Source: Candidatus Micrarchaeota archaeon
GTDB lineage: Archaea > Micrarchaeota > Micrarchaeia > Micrarchaeales > CABMGC01
Assembly: GCA_028867145.1 (NCBI GenBank)
Contig: JAGWGX010000001.1
Span: 27,829 to 91,828 of the forward strand
Direction: 5' to 3'
Length of the DNA stretch: 64,000 nucleotides
Positions 49,477 through 58,524 of the stretch are shown in pieces. The position numbers and the translations under genes were made by a program. Position 1 is the first letter of the stretch; every line of letters begins with the position of its first letter. Under the pieces are notes generated by a model. That model saw nothing but the letters and a program-made list of their open reading frames with translations, had not been told where the DNA came from and made no database searches.

Positions 49477-49597
49477 GATGCAATATACAGACAAATTTAT
49501 ATATATCAACTGCCATTTACTCTTTGTCCAATGAAGACGAGAGTAACTGCTGAGAAATGATGAAGTCCATTTCGACTGAGGGCGAACAAGTGTTTAG

Positions 49598-51112
49598 ATG
49601 CTTTTTGAGGACAAAAACCGTGTGGCTCTTCTCTTTCTTGTTGCCTCAATAGCAATACTTCTTGTGAATTCTTTCTTGATAACAAGCCAGAGCATAGACA
49701 ATGCGGCTCCCACAAGCTACGCGATTGTCGTAATACTGATGCTCCCGTTCTTTGCGGCGTTTGCATTCAAGGAAAAGCTTGAGATAAAGCTTCACCACCA
49801 TGACATTATTGCTGGGGTTGGGCTCTTTGCGATATTTATCTTTCTTATAATCGGCGCGCAGCTTGCGTTCCCCTATCTATTCCTTAGCTACAGGATGGAC
49901 ATGCTCATTTTGCCGATTGCAATAGCAGCAGTTGTGGCTATCCTATTTGGGCGAGGTAACCTTAGAAAGTTCTGGGCTCTGATTTTGTACCCGATTCTTG
50001 CCTCCCCCTTGTTTTTTTTGCCACTACTTAATCTGAATAATGCATTTGCGCAGGTCAATACAATTTTTGTGTATGGAATACTGCATCTTGTGGCGCCAAG
50101 CGTCACATATCTGCCGCCCTTCACAATAGGGACTACACTTTACACAATAGGGATTGGCACCGCATGCGCAGGCGTTGCGGTCTTCATTGCCTTAGTTTTG
50201 CTTTTGCTCCCGGTAGCATACCTGCTTGATGGAAAACTCTCAAGCAAGATTTACTGGCTTGCATCGGGGCTCGCACTTTTGCTCTTGCTAAACTTCGCGA
50301 GGATGGCAAGCATAGCTGCAGTCTGGCTGCTCTATGGGCCAAATGGGGCAGTTGGCTTTGTGCACGGGGTCGCGGGAATACTATTGTTTTACCTATCGAT
50401 AATGGTGATGGTTCTCCTCGCCAAAAGATACAGTCTTGGCTTCCCTAGATGGAAAGAGAGGGAGATGAAAGCAAAGAGGGCGAAGGCCTATCAGAACGGC
50501 TCAAGACTACTTGCGATTGCACTCAGCCTGGGATATCTACTGATCTCGCTCAACTATAGTTCGCAGATTGTGGTACCGCCTCAGCTTAGTGCCACTTCAA
50601 GTTACAACTTCACTCCCCAGTCCCTTAACGCATTTGCAGGGAGCTTTAGAGGCGCGCAGGGTTGGGAGTTCTCGGCACCAATAAACCAGACAAGCCTTGG
50701 AGGAGTCCTGCTTTTGTCAAACAGGACATTCAACTCGACCTCGCCGATAATACTGCTCGTATCGAGCCCGAACCAGGCAATCACAAACTATCTGCTAGAT
50801 GGGACAGGGATAGTGGCAAAGTATAATTTCGTTGATCAAAGTTTCATAGTCGGCACAGTGTACCAGCTCTCTTCGGCCAACACCACCTTCTATTTGATGG
50901 CTAAGAGCGCTGCATACCTTTTCCCTGACAACCAGTATCGTATCGTTACAACCTACCTCTTAATGCCCTCAAGGGCAGGAGGGCTTGCGCAAGGCTGCGA
51001 ATACCATGGTTTTTACACCTCTGTTGACAATCTACTACTTGGGCAGGCGGTGAATCAGTCTGAGATGCGGCAGCTAAGAAGCGCCTTCTGCGTAAGTGCG
51101 AACTTTGTGTGA
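49598..51112 (+). CDS. Archaeosortase/exosortase-family-like integral membrane protein with C-terminal extracytoplasmic domain
   Basis: Eight or more TM helices. Candidate catalytic triad context IGTACAGVAVF (Cys), 45 aa later LNFARMASIAAV (Arg), 21 aa later FVHGVAGILLFY (His). The spacing resembles the ArtA/EpsH families. Confidence 0.5.
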   Translation: MLFEDKNRVALLFLVASIAILLVNSFLITSQSIDNAAPTSYAIVVILMLPFFAAFAFKEKLEIKLHHHDIIAGVGLFAIFIFLIIGAQLAFPYLFLSYRMDMLILPIAIAAVVAILFGRGNLRKFWALILYPILASPLFFLPLLNLNNAFAQVNTIFVYGILHLVAPSVTYLPPFTIGTTLYTIGIGTACAGVAVFIALVLLLLPVAYLLDGKLSSKIYWLASGLALLLLLNFARMASIAAVWLLYGPNGAVGFVHGVAGILLFYLSIMVMVLLAKRYSLGFPRWKEREMKAKRAKAYQNGSRLLAIALSLGYLLISLNYSSQIVVPPQLSATSSYNFTPQSLNAFAGSFRGAQGWEFSAPINQTSLGGVLLLSNRTFNSTSPIILLVSSPNQAITNYLLDGTGIVAKYNFVDQSFIVGTVYQLSSANTTFYLMAKSAAYLFPDNQYRIVTTYLLMPSRAGGLAQGCEYHGFYTSVDNLLLGQAVNQSEMRQLRSAFCVSANFV

Positions 51113-51116
51113 TCTT

Positions 51117-52073
51117 ATGCGTTTTGAGTACTCTTCGGGAGCTTTTGTTTATAGAAAAGAGGGGGGCAAAATCCTTCTTCTCTTCCTCGTAAGGGAGGAT
51201 AAGCGCTTTGACATACCAAAGGGACATATAGAGAAGGGAGAGAACGCGGAGCAGGCTGGTAAGCGAGAGACTTTTGAGGAATCCGGGCTAAAAGTTGAGT
51301 TCCTGCCGGGATTCAAGATAGCCTACAAGTACTTCTTCAAGGAGAGGGGCACCGAGATACTAAAGAAGGTGAGCATGTTCCTTGCGAAGGTGAATGGGGA
51401 CCATGTTAAGATATCTCATGAACATTCCGGCTATAAGTGGATGGAAAGAGAGGAGGCGCTCAAAAAGATAGGTTACAAGAACATGAAAAAAATTCTGGCA
51501 AGGGTCTATGATTACATAGAAAAGTACGAAAAGATGGCCGAGCTAAATGCGGAGTACTCAAGGCTCCCTTGCCTAAACAGGAACTGGGACCTGAGCAGGA
51601 CATTTGTTCCAGGAGATGGACCCGTTGACGCAAAGACGATGGTACTAGGGCAGGCGCCAGGGGCAAATGAGGACATACAGCTCAAGCCATTTATCGGCAG
51701 GAGCGGAAAGGTGCTTGACAGAATGCTTAGGCTTGCGGGCATCAAGAGGGAGAATGTTTACATAACAAGCTGCGTGCAGTTCTTCCCGCCAAAGAACAGG
51801 GGGCCAACAGATTGGGAGGTGGAGCTGTGCAGGGGCTTTTTGCTAAGGCAAATTGAGATAATAAATCCAAAGAACATAATACTGCTTGGAAACTTTGCGT
51901 GCAACGCAATGCTCGGATACGACAAGGTCACACAAAACCACGGAAAGGTCGTGAAGAAGGAGGGAAGGAACTTCCTGATTGCCTTCCACCCCGCGATGGC
52001 GCTTAGGTCAAGCAAGGTTGTGGGCAGGCTGATGGAGGAGGACTTCAGGAGCTTCAAGGGGAAGCTTGAATAA
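51117..52073 (+). CDS. Nudix hydrolase fused to uracil-DNA glycosylase superfamily (family 4-like) domain
   Basis: Complete Nudix box GHIEKGENAEQAGKRETFEESGL. C-terminal half has MVLGQAPGANEDIQLKPFIGRSGKVLDRML (motif A variant GQAPG) and AFHPAMALR (motif B). ATG 51117 lies just after the upstream stop. Confidence 0.7.
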   Translation: MRFEYSSGAFVYRKEGGKILLLFLVREDKRFDIPKGHIEKGENAEQAGKRETFEESGLKVEFLPGFKIAYKYFFKERGTEILKKVSMFLAKVNGDHVKISHEHSGYKWMEREEALKKIGYKNMKKILARVYDYIEKYEKMAELNAEYSRLPCLNRNWDLSRTFVPGDGPVDAKTMVLGQAPGANEDIQLKPFIGRSGKVLDRMLRLAGIKRENVYITSCVQFFPPKNRGPTDWEVELCRGFLLRQIEIINPKNIILLGNFACNAMLGYDKVTQNHGKVVKKEGRNFLIAFHPAMALRSSKVVGRLMEEDFRSFKGKLE

Positions 52074-52075
52074 TT

Positions 52076-53014
52076 TCAGAGCTTTAGCTCCTTGATTTCC
52101 TTTATGGCAAGGGAGTAGGAGATTGCGGTTATGACAAGAACGATGCTAACTATTGCCATCCCTATGTCGAACTGGTCAAGGTTTGGTATGTTAATCCCTG
52201 TTGCAATCGCAAAGCCCCCGATTTGTGGCACAAAGAATATCGTCACGCCCACAAGCGCAAATACCAACCCCCCATAGCCAAGCGTCCTTCCAGAGGTCTT
52301 CCTGGAGATGAAGGTGATCTGCTTCTCGCTGTACTTTCTGCTCTCAAGCCACCGGCCTATTGCGTATCCTAGGAAAACCTGCATTATCAGCGTGCCGACC
52401 CCAAAGAGGAATCCGGGAATCCACGCGTACCAGATGCTCGGCATCTTTGGCACTATTGAGGTATAGATTAGCAGGTCGATTGCCCCAAATCCAAAGCCTG
52501 CAATAGCCCCATGGAGCGCCGCAAGGGGAAGTGGAACCTTTCTTGGCTCAAGGAATGAACGCTGTGCAAAGAGGTCGTGTTCCTGCAGACCCTCCTCTTT
52601 GGAGTGGGTGTTTGATTTATCATGCTTGTGCGTGTGCTTCCCAGTGAAAATATGGACAAAGGAGTCGACATACTCCGTTAGTATGTGGGAGTCGATGTAG
52701 ATGTTTTTTCTAAGGATGTAGAAGCCCGATGCGCTCATCACCAGCCCCACCGCGATAAAGACGATTGAATCGGTGTAGATGCCGGTGAAAAATGAGGCAA
52801 GCGCCGTAAATGATAATATCCCAAGCACCGCCCTTTGCGCAGTGAATCCGAGCGAAAAGAAAAGTCCGGCCTTGGCTCCACCCTTGCGGTTGAAGGTGCT
52901 AATTGAGTAGCTAAAGGTTATGGGCCACGTGTGCTCGTCAGGGGTTAGGCCATGCACTATGCCAAGCACAAATGCGAGCGTAAGATAATAGTAAAGATCC
53001 GGAATTATCATCAA
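52076..53014 (-). CDS. Integral membrane protein with His-rich loop, possible RcnA/NicO-like metal transporter
   Basis: GIVHGLTPDEHTWP in TM1, a second-half LHGAIAGFGFG, and a central loop HTHKHDKSNTHSKEE. The family call is tentative. Confidence 0.35.
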   Translation of the reverse strand: MMIIPDLYYYLTLAFVLGIVHGLTPDEHTWPITFSYSISTFNRKGGAKAGLFFSLGFTAQRAVLGILSFTALASFFTGIYTDSIVFIAVGLVMSASGFYILRKNIYIDSHILTEYVDSFVHIFTGKHTHKHDKSNTHSKEEGLQEHDLFAQRSFLEPRKVPLPLAALHGAIAGFGFGAIDLLIYTSIVPKMPSIWYAWIPGFLFGVGTLIMQVFLGYAIGRWLESRKYSEKQITFISRKTSGRTLGYGGLVFALVGVTIFFVPQIGGFAIATGINIPNLDQFDIGMAIVSIVLVITAISYSLAIKEIKELKL

Positions 53015-53066
53015 ATCAGGCGGGCAGTTAGGCTTTAATAATATTGGAGATAAAAGGCTTTATATT

Positions 53067-53164
53067 GGGTCCGTAGCTTAGTCCGGTTGGAGCGCCCGAC
53101 TGATAGGGTGTTTAATCACACCTCAAAAATCGGGAGGTCTTGCGTTCAAATCGCAACGGGCCCA
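53067..53164 (+). tRNA. tRNA-Ile(GAU) with 23-nt canonical (37/38) intron
   Basis: Hand fold. Acceptor GGGTCCG/CGGGCCC + A73. D-arm GCTT..GAGC. Anticodon stem CCCGA/TCGGG with loop CTGATA|intron 53106..53128|A. T-arm TTGCG-TTCAAAT-CGCAA. The intron contains the hairpin GGTGT..ACACC. Confidence 0.8.
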
Positions 53165-53186
53165 TTTCATTTAAAATAAGCGCAAC

Positions 53187-53720
53187 TCAGTAGGTTCGCA
53201 TAAGCTTGTCCTTCGCAATGCAGATAAGTTCCTGAACCTGCGGGTCTGCGCCCTCGCTCTTTGCAATACGCAATATCTCCTTTAGGATCTGTCTGACTTG
53301 AGATCTCTGGTGTGGAAGAGGGTAGATCATTGCTGGCCTCTCGTATTTTTCTTCCCCCTTGACGATTTTTGAGATATGGCTCACCTCAGAGAGTATCCCA
53401 TCTATGAACTCCGCGTTATCAGATGCAAACCTCACAACAAAATCAAGAGCATTGTCGAGTTTTGCTATTGAGCTGTTCTCAAATGAGACATAGGCCTTAT
53501 TCCTCCTCAAAAGCACATTCACCTCAGGGTTGTTTGCAAGTTCAAGTCGGCGTAGGTCTCTGTAATCCTCAAGCGTGGTGACAGTCACAAAAGGGAGGTG
53601 CCTTTGCAAAATCTCCATTGATTTTGCCACCTCCTTAGGGTCGCGCGAGTGATTTACGCAATCAGCCAGGAAGCGCATTCCGTTCCTCGTGAAGCTAACA
53701 TTTGCCTGCCTGCTAGACAT
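53187..53720 (-). CDS. Hypothetical protein
   Basis: 177-aa ORF with protein-like composition and no recognised motif. Confidence 0.45.
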   Translation of the reverse strand: MSSRQANVSFTRNGMRFLADCVNHSRDPKEVAKSMEILQRHLPFVTVTTLEDYRDLRRLELANNPEVNVLLRRNKAYVSFENSSIAKLDNALDFVVRFASDNAEFIDGILSEVSHISKIVKGEEKYERPAMIYPLPHQRSQVRQILKEILRIAKSEGADPQVQELICIAKDKLMRTY

Positions 53721-53825
53721 ACTATCACTTTCTATCTCTTTTGATGGTTTAAAAACCTAATTCATTGATTGTCTTGGGCGCTTGTCATAAATAAAAAGTT
53801 TCCTTACCAACCATTCTTTGGTACA

Positions 53826-54419
53826 ATGGCATACTCGCTAGAGGAGGGAAGCACGCTTGTCAAGGCTGCAAGGCACAGCGTCGAGCTATTTTTGACCTCA
53901 GTTAAGTTCAAGAAGTCCATAGTCGAGAAAAGGGCGGCGCACCTAGAGGAGCACCATGGCATATTTGTAAACATAAGGCACTATCCGCTCGGGGCACCTC
54001 GCGGCTCGGCAGCTTTGATAAAGGGAGTGAGGCCGGTGAGAAGCCTAATAGTTGACGCTGCGATACTTGCGGCAAGCGAGGACAAAAGGCATGTGCCCGT
54101 CTCCCACCATGAGCTGGAGCATATCCTCTTTGAGGTGGGGGTCTTCTCAAGGCCAGTTAGGCTAAGCGGGCCGATCTCCAAGATGAAGCTCAGGCAGGGA
54201 AAGGAGGGAATAATGGTGGAGTACGGCTTTAGGAGCGGCTTTTTGCTTCCCGAGGAAATCAAAAAGGGAGAGAAGATGGAGAGAATCCTAGAGAAGGTTT
54301 GCGCAGCTGCGGGAATAAGCTCGCACGATTACAAGAGGGCGGATGTCTCGTTCCACAAATTCAGCGCTCAAAGGTTCGTGGAGATTGAGCCAAGCGGACA
54401 GGTGGAGGAAGTAGGCTAG
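53826..54419 (+). CDS. AMMECR1-domain protein
   Basis: N-terminal LEEGSTLVKAARHSVELFL, GIFVNI, and GIMVEYGFRSGFLLPEE (the G.......G.fLPqv type). The ATG at 53826 is preferred. The usual LRGCIG motif is degenerate (PRGSAALIKG). Confidence 0.6.
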   Translation: MAYSLEEGSTLVKAARHSVELFLTSVKFKKSIVEKRAAHLEEHHGIFVNIRHYPLGAPRGSAALIKGVRPVRSLIVDAAILAASEDKRHVPVSHHELEHILFEVGVFSRPVRLSGPISKMKLRQGKEGIMVEYGFRSGFLLPEEIKKGEKMERILEKVCAAAGISSHDYKRADVSFHKFSAQRFVEIEPSGQVEEVG

Positions 54420-55496
54420 ATGAAAATAATACTCCTAATTGACATGGACTACTTCTTTGCTGCGTGCGAGGAGCTGCGTCACCCTGAGTACAAGGCAAAG
54501 CCTGTTGTGGTGGGAGCTGATCCAAAGGGAGGGACGGCACGCGGGGTGGTGAGCACTTGCAACTACCTTGCGCGCAAGTTCGGGATACACAGCGCGATGC
54601 CAATCTCAATGGCCTACAAGCTCAAGAAGGATGCAATCTTTTTGCCCGTCGACTATCCCTACTACGAGAAGATGTCGAATTCTGCGATGCAGGTAATCAA
54701 GACGTTCGCAAAGAAGTTCGAGCAGGTTAGCATTGACGAGGCGTTCATCGACGTAACGGGAAAGGTGGATAGCTTTGAGCAGGCGATAGAATACGCAAGA
54801 AGGCTCAAGGGAAGCATAAAGCAGGAAACTGGGCTGCCCTGCTCAATTGGGATCGGGGCGAACAGGGTCATCGCAAAGATGGCGTGCGAGGCGGGAAAGC
54901 CCGATGGGGTAAAGATGGTGGGCCCTGAGGATGCACAATTCTTTTTGGCGCAAATGAAGGTGGGAAAGCTCTATGGCGTGGGGAACAAGACGGCCGCAAG
55001 ACTTGAGGCAATGGGATACAAAACAATTGGAGATCTTGCAAAGGCAAACCTTGCAAACTTGGTAAACGAGTTTGGGGTCTGGGGAGGGGAGCTTTATCGC
55101 AGCGCGAGGGGAGAGAGCGATGATGAGATAATTGAGAATTACGAGATTAAATCGATTGGAAGGGAGCGCACCTTTGAAAATGATACAAATGAGAGGGAGA
55201 AAATGATCAAGGAGATTGAATCGATATCCAAGGAGGTGGGAGAGGAGGTGAAAAAGCAGGGCGTATCCTACAAGACGGTAACGGTCAAGATAAGATACTC
55301 TGATTTCTCGGAGCGCCTAAAGAGCAAAAGCATCGGCCACTACACCGATGACCCTCGGGAGATGTTTGAAAATGCAGTGAGACTCTTTGACTCATCAATT
55401 GAGGAGGGCAGGACAGTTAGGAAAATAGGGGTTAGGGTTTCCGGATTTGGAAAATCGAAAGGGCAGAAAAGAATTGCGGAATTTTTTAGTGCTTAG
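54420..55496 (+). CDS. dinB: Y-family DNA polymerase IV (Dpo4/DinB-like)
   Basis: ILLIDMDYFFAACEELRHPEYKAKPVVV, SIDEAFIDVT, and the little-finger C-terminal domain. Confidence 0.9.
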   Translation: MKIILLIDMDYFFAACEELRHPEYKAKPVVVGADPKGGTARGVVSTCNYLARKFGIHSAMPISMAYKLKKDAIFLPVDYPYYEKMSNSAMQVIKTFAKKFEQVSIDEAFIDVTGKVDSFEQAIEYARRLKGSIKQETGLPCSIGIGANRVIAKMACEAGKPDGVKMVGPEDAQFFLAQMKVGKLYGVGNKTAARLEAMGYKTIGDLAKANLANLVNEFGVWGGELYRSARGESDDEIIENYEIKSIGRERTFENDTNEREKMIKEIESISKEVGEEVKKQGVSYKTVTVKIRYSDFSERLKSKSIGHYTDDPREMFENAVRLFDSSIEEGRTVRKIGVRVSGFGKSKGQKRIAEFFSA

Positions 55497-56433
55497 ACCT
55501 CGATTCCTCAAAGCTTAGCATAGATAGATGCTCCCTTACCCTAAGGGCCGCCTTGACGCCGCTTCCTGCTGCGGTTACTGCCTGCTTGTAGAACCTGTCC
55601 GCAACATCGCCGGCTGCGTATACGCCCTCAATATTTGTCAGCACGTCATCCTTTGTGATTATGTATCCGTCCTTGTCAAGCTCCAGCTGGCCCGTGAACA
55701 GGGAGGTGTTTGGCTGGTGGCCAATCGCAACAAAAACCCCGTCTATTTTCATCTCGGTTGCAAGGCTGTTCTTGAGATTTTTTAGTTTAACGCCGCTAAC
55801 CTTGCGATCTCCGGTTATTTCCTCAACCACTGTATCCCAAAGGACCTTTATCTTTGGGTTGGAAAGCACCCTTTCCTGCATTATCTTGCTTGCCCTAAAC
55901 GCATCGCGCCTGTGGACTATCGTCACGCTGCTTGCAAATCTTGTGAGGAAGAGAGAGTCCTCCATTGCTGTGTCCCCTCCCCCGACAACTATCACCTCCT
56001 TGTTCTTGAAGAATGCGCCGTCGCACGTAGCGCAGCTAGACACCCCCCTTCCTGTGAAATTCTTCTCTGATGGAAGGCCTATCCACTTTGATGAGGCCCC
56101 AGTTGAAACGATTAAGGTCAGGGTCTCGATTATTTTGTCGTCTACATGAAGTTTTATCGGCTTTGAGTTAAGCTCGACCTTGGTCACGTCTCCCTCTAGG
56201 AATCTTGTGCCAAACTGGGTTGCCTGTTGCTCCATTAGCCTAATTAGCTCGGGGCCTGCAATCTTGGAGTAGCCCGGATAGTTCTCGATGTCGGTGGTGA
56301 GGAGAAGCTGTCCCCCGCTTCCAACTCCCTTTATCAGAAGGGGATTGAATCCCTCCCTTGCGGTATAAAGAGCGGCAGAAAGGCCTGCTGGGCCTGAGCC
56401 TATAATCACGACATTTTCAACCATACAAAGCAC
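55486..56433 (-). CDS. trxB: Thioredoxin-disulfide reductase
   Basis: VVIIGSGPAGLSAALYTAREG (FAD), redox-active CATCDG, VVGGGDTAMEDSLFL (NADPH) and GVYAAGDV. The start may be ATG 56424. Confidence 0.9.
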   Translation of the reverse strand: MLCMVENVVIIGSGPAGLSAALYTAREGFNPLLIKGVGSGGQLLLTTDIENYPGYSKIAGPELIRLMEQQATQFGTRFLEGDVTKVELNSKPIKLHVDDKIIETLTLIVSTGASSKWIGLPSEKNFTGRGVSSCATCDGAFFKNKEVIVVGGGDTAMEDSLFLTRFASSVTIVHRRDAFRASKIMQERVLSNPKIKVLWDTVVEEITGDRKVSGVKLKNLKNSLATEMKIDGVFVAIGHQPNTSLFTGQLELDKDGYIITKDDVLTNIEGVYAAGDVADRFYKQAVTAAGSGVKAALRVREHLSMLSFEESRSKH

Positions 56434-56505
56434 TAGAATTTGACAATAAATATTTTGTTTGAATACCTATTTAAAGTTTGATACATAAGTTAGAGTGGCG
56501 ACCAA

Positions 56506-57483
56506 ATGTCCATCGGAATCGATAATTATGACATCGAGCTGGACATTGGCCACACGCTTTCGAGCCTGAACTTTGTCTCCCATGCACACAGCGACCACAC
56601 AAGCAGGGCAAAGAGGGGAAAATCAATTCTTGCAAGCATTGAGACAAAGGAGTTAATTGAAGCAAGAAAAAACATCCCAATCAACCTTTCCCAGATGCCG
56701 CTCAATGTTGAGCTGCTTGATTCGGGGCACATACTTGGCTCGAAGCAGCTCTTTATCGACTCGCCTGAGTTTGGGTACTCGGTTGTCTACACAGGGGATT
56801 ACCAGATGCAGGAATCGCCAACTGCAAACAAGATAAAGGTAAACCAGGCGGACGTTGCAATACTGGATTCCACCTATCCGGACCCAGAGATGGTGCTGGA
56901 CCCTAGGAGCGAGGTGATAGACACGATCCAGTATTACGTTAATAAGAAGATTGAGAAAGGGATTGTTCTCTTTGGCGCATACTCCCTTGGAAAGGCGCAG
57001 GAGCTGGTTAAGATAATGAATAACATAGGCATCACACCGGCAGTTAGCAAGGGAATAACAAAGCTCAACGGAGTCTACAAGAAATTTGGGGTTGAGCTTG
57101 ACTACGTCTCGGTGTATGAGAATGAGGCTCGCTTTGATGAGCTTGTAAAGCAGAACTTTGTTGGGATTGTGGAGACGCAGAGGCTAGGCGAGCTCGGGAG
57201 GAAGCTCTCCTCAATTTACAATAGGCGCGTCTTTACCGCGGTTGCGACAGGATGGGCAAAGTCTTTCAAGTTCGGAACCGACGTTCAGTTTCCCCTCAGC
57301 GACCATGCGGATTTCGCCCAGAGCCTAGAGTACCTCCAGGCAACTGAGCCGAAGGTAGTCTACTCGGTGGGCAAGGAGGCAAAGCTCATGGCGCACAATC
57401 TGGGAAAATTCGGCTACAAGGCTAGGCCGATGGAGACAAGCGTGGACTTTGTTGCCCCAATTTCGGAGATTGCAAAAGCGTAG
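56506..57483 (+). CDS. Metallo-beta-lactamase fold, beta-CASP-like nuclease (ligase-associated exonuclease-like)
   Basis: VSHAHSDH (HxHxDH), SGHILGS, YTGDY, LGKAQEL, and C-terminal LSDHADF. Confidence 0.55.
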   Translation: MSIGIDNYDIELDIGHTLSSLNFVSHAHSDHTSRAKRGKSILASIETKELIEARKNIPINLSQMPLNVELLDSGHILGSKQLFIDSPEFGYSVVYTGDYQMQESPTANKIKVNQADVAILDSTYPDPEMVLDPRSEVIDTIQYYVNKKIEKGIVLFGAYSLGKAQELVKIMNNIGITPAVSKGITKLNGVYKKFGVELDYVSVYENEARFDELVKQNFVGIVETQRLGELGRKLSSIYNRRVFTAVATGWAKSFKFGTDVQFPLSDHADFAQSLEYLQATEPKVVYSVGKEAKLMAHNLGKFGYKARPMETSVDFVAPISEIAKA

Positions 57484-57519
57484 TGCTAAGTTTATATTGC
57501 TTGATTGGGTAGTACAACC

Positions 57520-58521
57520 ATGGAGGAGCAAAGCAAGCGCGACAGCTACAGCGGGATGCTGCTGCTTTTGATAGCGGGCTCTGTACTTCTAATCTTCGCG
57601 GCGATTTACTTCATACAGATATTTGGGACGGAGTACGGAGTTGGGGCGGGGGCGCTGGTGCAAAGCCAGGCGGACAACACGATAGTCGTTTCCAACCTTC
57701 AGGCTCTCTCATCGCAGCTAATAGTGCTAAACCAGTATGTGCTTGAGTCTTACCTTGCGGTGGTGCTCGGGCTCTTGCTCGCGCTCCTTGCGGTGGTGCT
57801 CTACATCAACAGGAAAAACAGGTACGACGAGGCGAACAGGAGGTACATTATGCTCCACACAACAATTACGGTTGTGTACATCATCCTATTTTGGATAATA
57901 TACTCCGGATTTGTGCACTCAACGCTGAGCATAATGGTCTACCTGGGATACTTCGGGATGATCGTATGCATAATAACCGACCTCTACTTTGAGATGAACG
58001 CGAGGCAGGCAAACTCGAGGAAGGTGGGGGTTAGGACAATCAACATAGATCCCGAGACGCCCTACACCAACCTGCAGGTGCTAAGGCACCAGCTCTTCTC
58101 GAAGCTCAAGGGAAATGTGCGGATAGTCGACAAGCACTTCAACTCCAATGCGATCGCAAACCTCCACAGGCTCGTCTCCGATGACCTTGAGAGCATAGAC
58201 TCTATAACGGTGATCACCTCCGAGGAGATGCTGGACGCCAGGTTCGGGGACAACTACAGGGACATAAGGGGGGAGTTTGCGAACGCGGATGTGGCGCTTG
58301 AGATGATAGTGATGCCGAGGGAGGAGGCCGCCAAGCAGCACGAGAGGTTTCTCTTTGACGACACGGAGGCGTTCAAGATACCGCCGCTGAACATCATCAA
58401 CAAGAAGAGCGAGCACGTGACGAAGATAAACCTTGAGGAGACGAGGAAGAGGTTTGAGTACCTGCTCCAAAGGTCCACGAAGCTGGAGAACTTTTTGCTC
58501 AGGCAGGGAAAGGGTGAATAG
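57520..58521 (+). CDS. Membrane protein (4-5 TM) with C-terminal soluble domain carrying a PLD/HKD-like variant motif
   Basis: TM-rich N-terminal half. C-terminal VRIVDKHFNS... and HERFLFDDTEAFKIPPLN, which fits H-x-[K>R]-x4-D-x6-x-x-x-N. Confidence 0.45.
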   Translation: MEEQSKRDSYSGMLLLLIAGSVLLIFAAIYFIQIFGTEYGVGAGALVQSQADNTIVVSNLQALSSQLIVLNQYVLESYLAVVLGLLLALLAVVLYINRKNRYDEANRRYIMLHTTITVVYIILFWIIYSGFVHSTLSIMVYLGYFGMIVCIITDLYFEMNARQANSRKVGVRTINIDPETPYTNLQVLRHQLFSKLKGNVRIVDKHFNSNAIANLHRLVSDDLESIDSITVITSEEMLDARFGDNYRDIRGEFANADVALEMIVMPREEAAKQHERFLFDDTEAFKIPPLNIINKKSEHVTKINLEETRKRFEYLLQRSTKLENFLLRQGKGE

Positions 58522-58524
58522 AAA

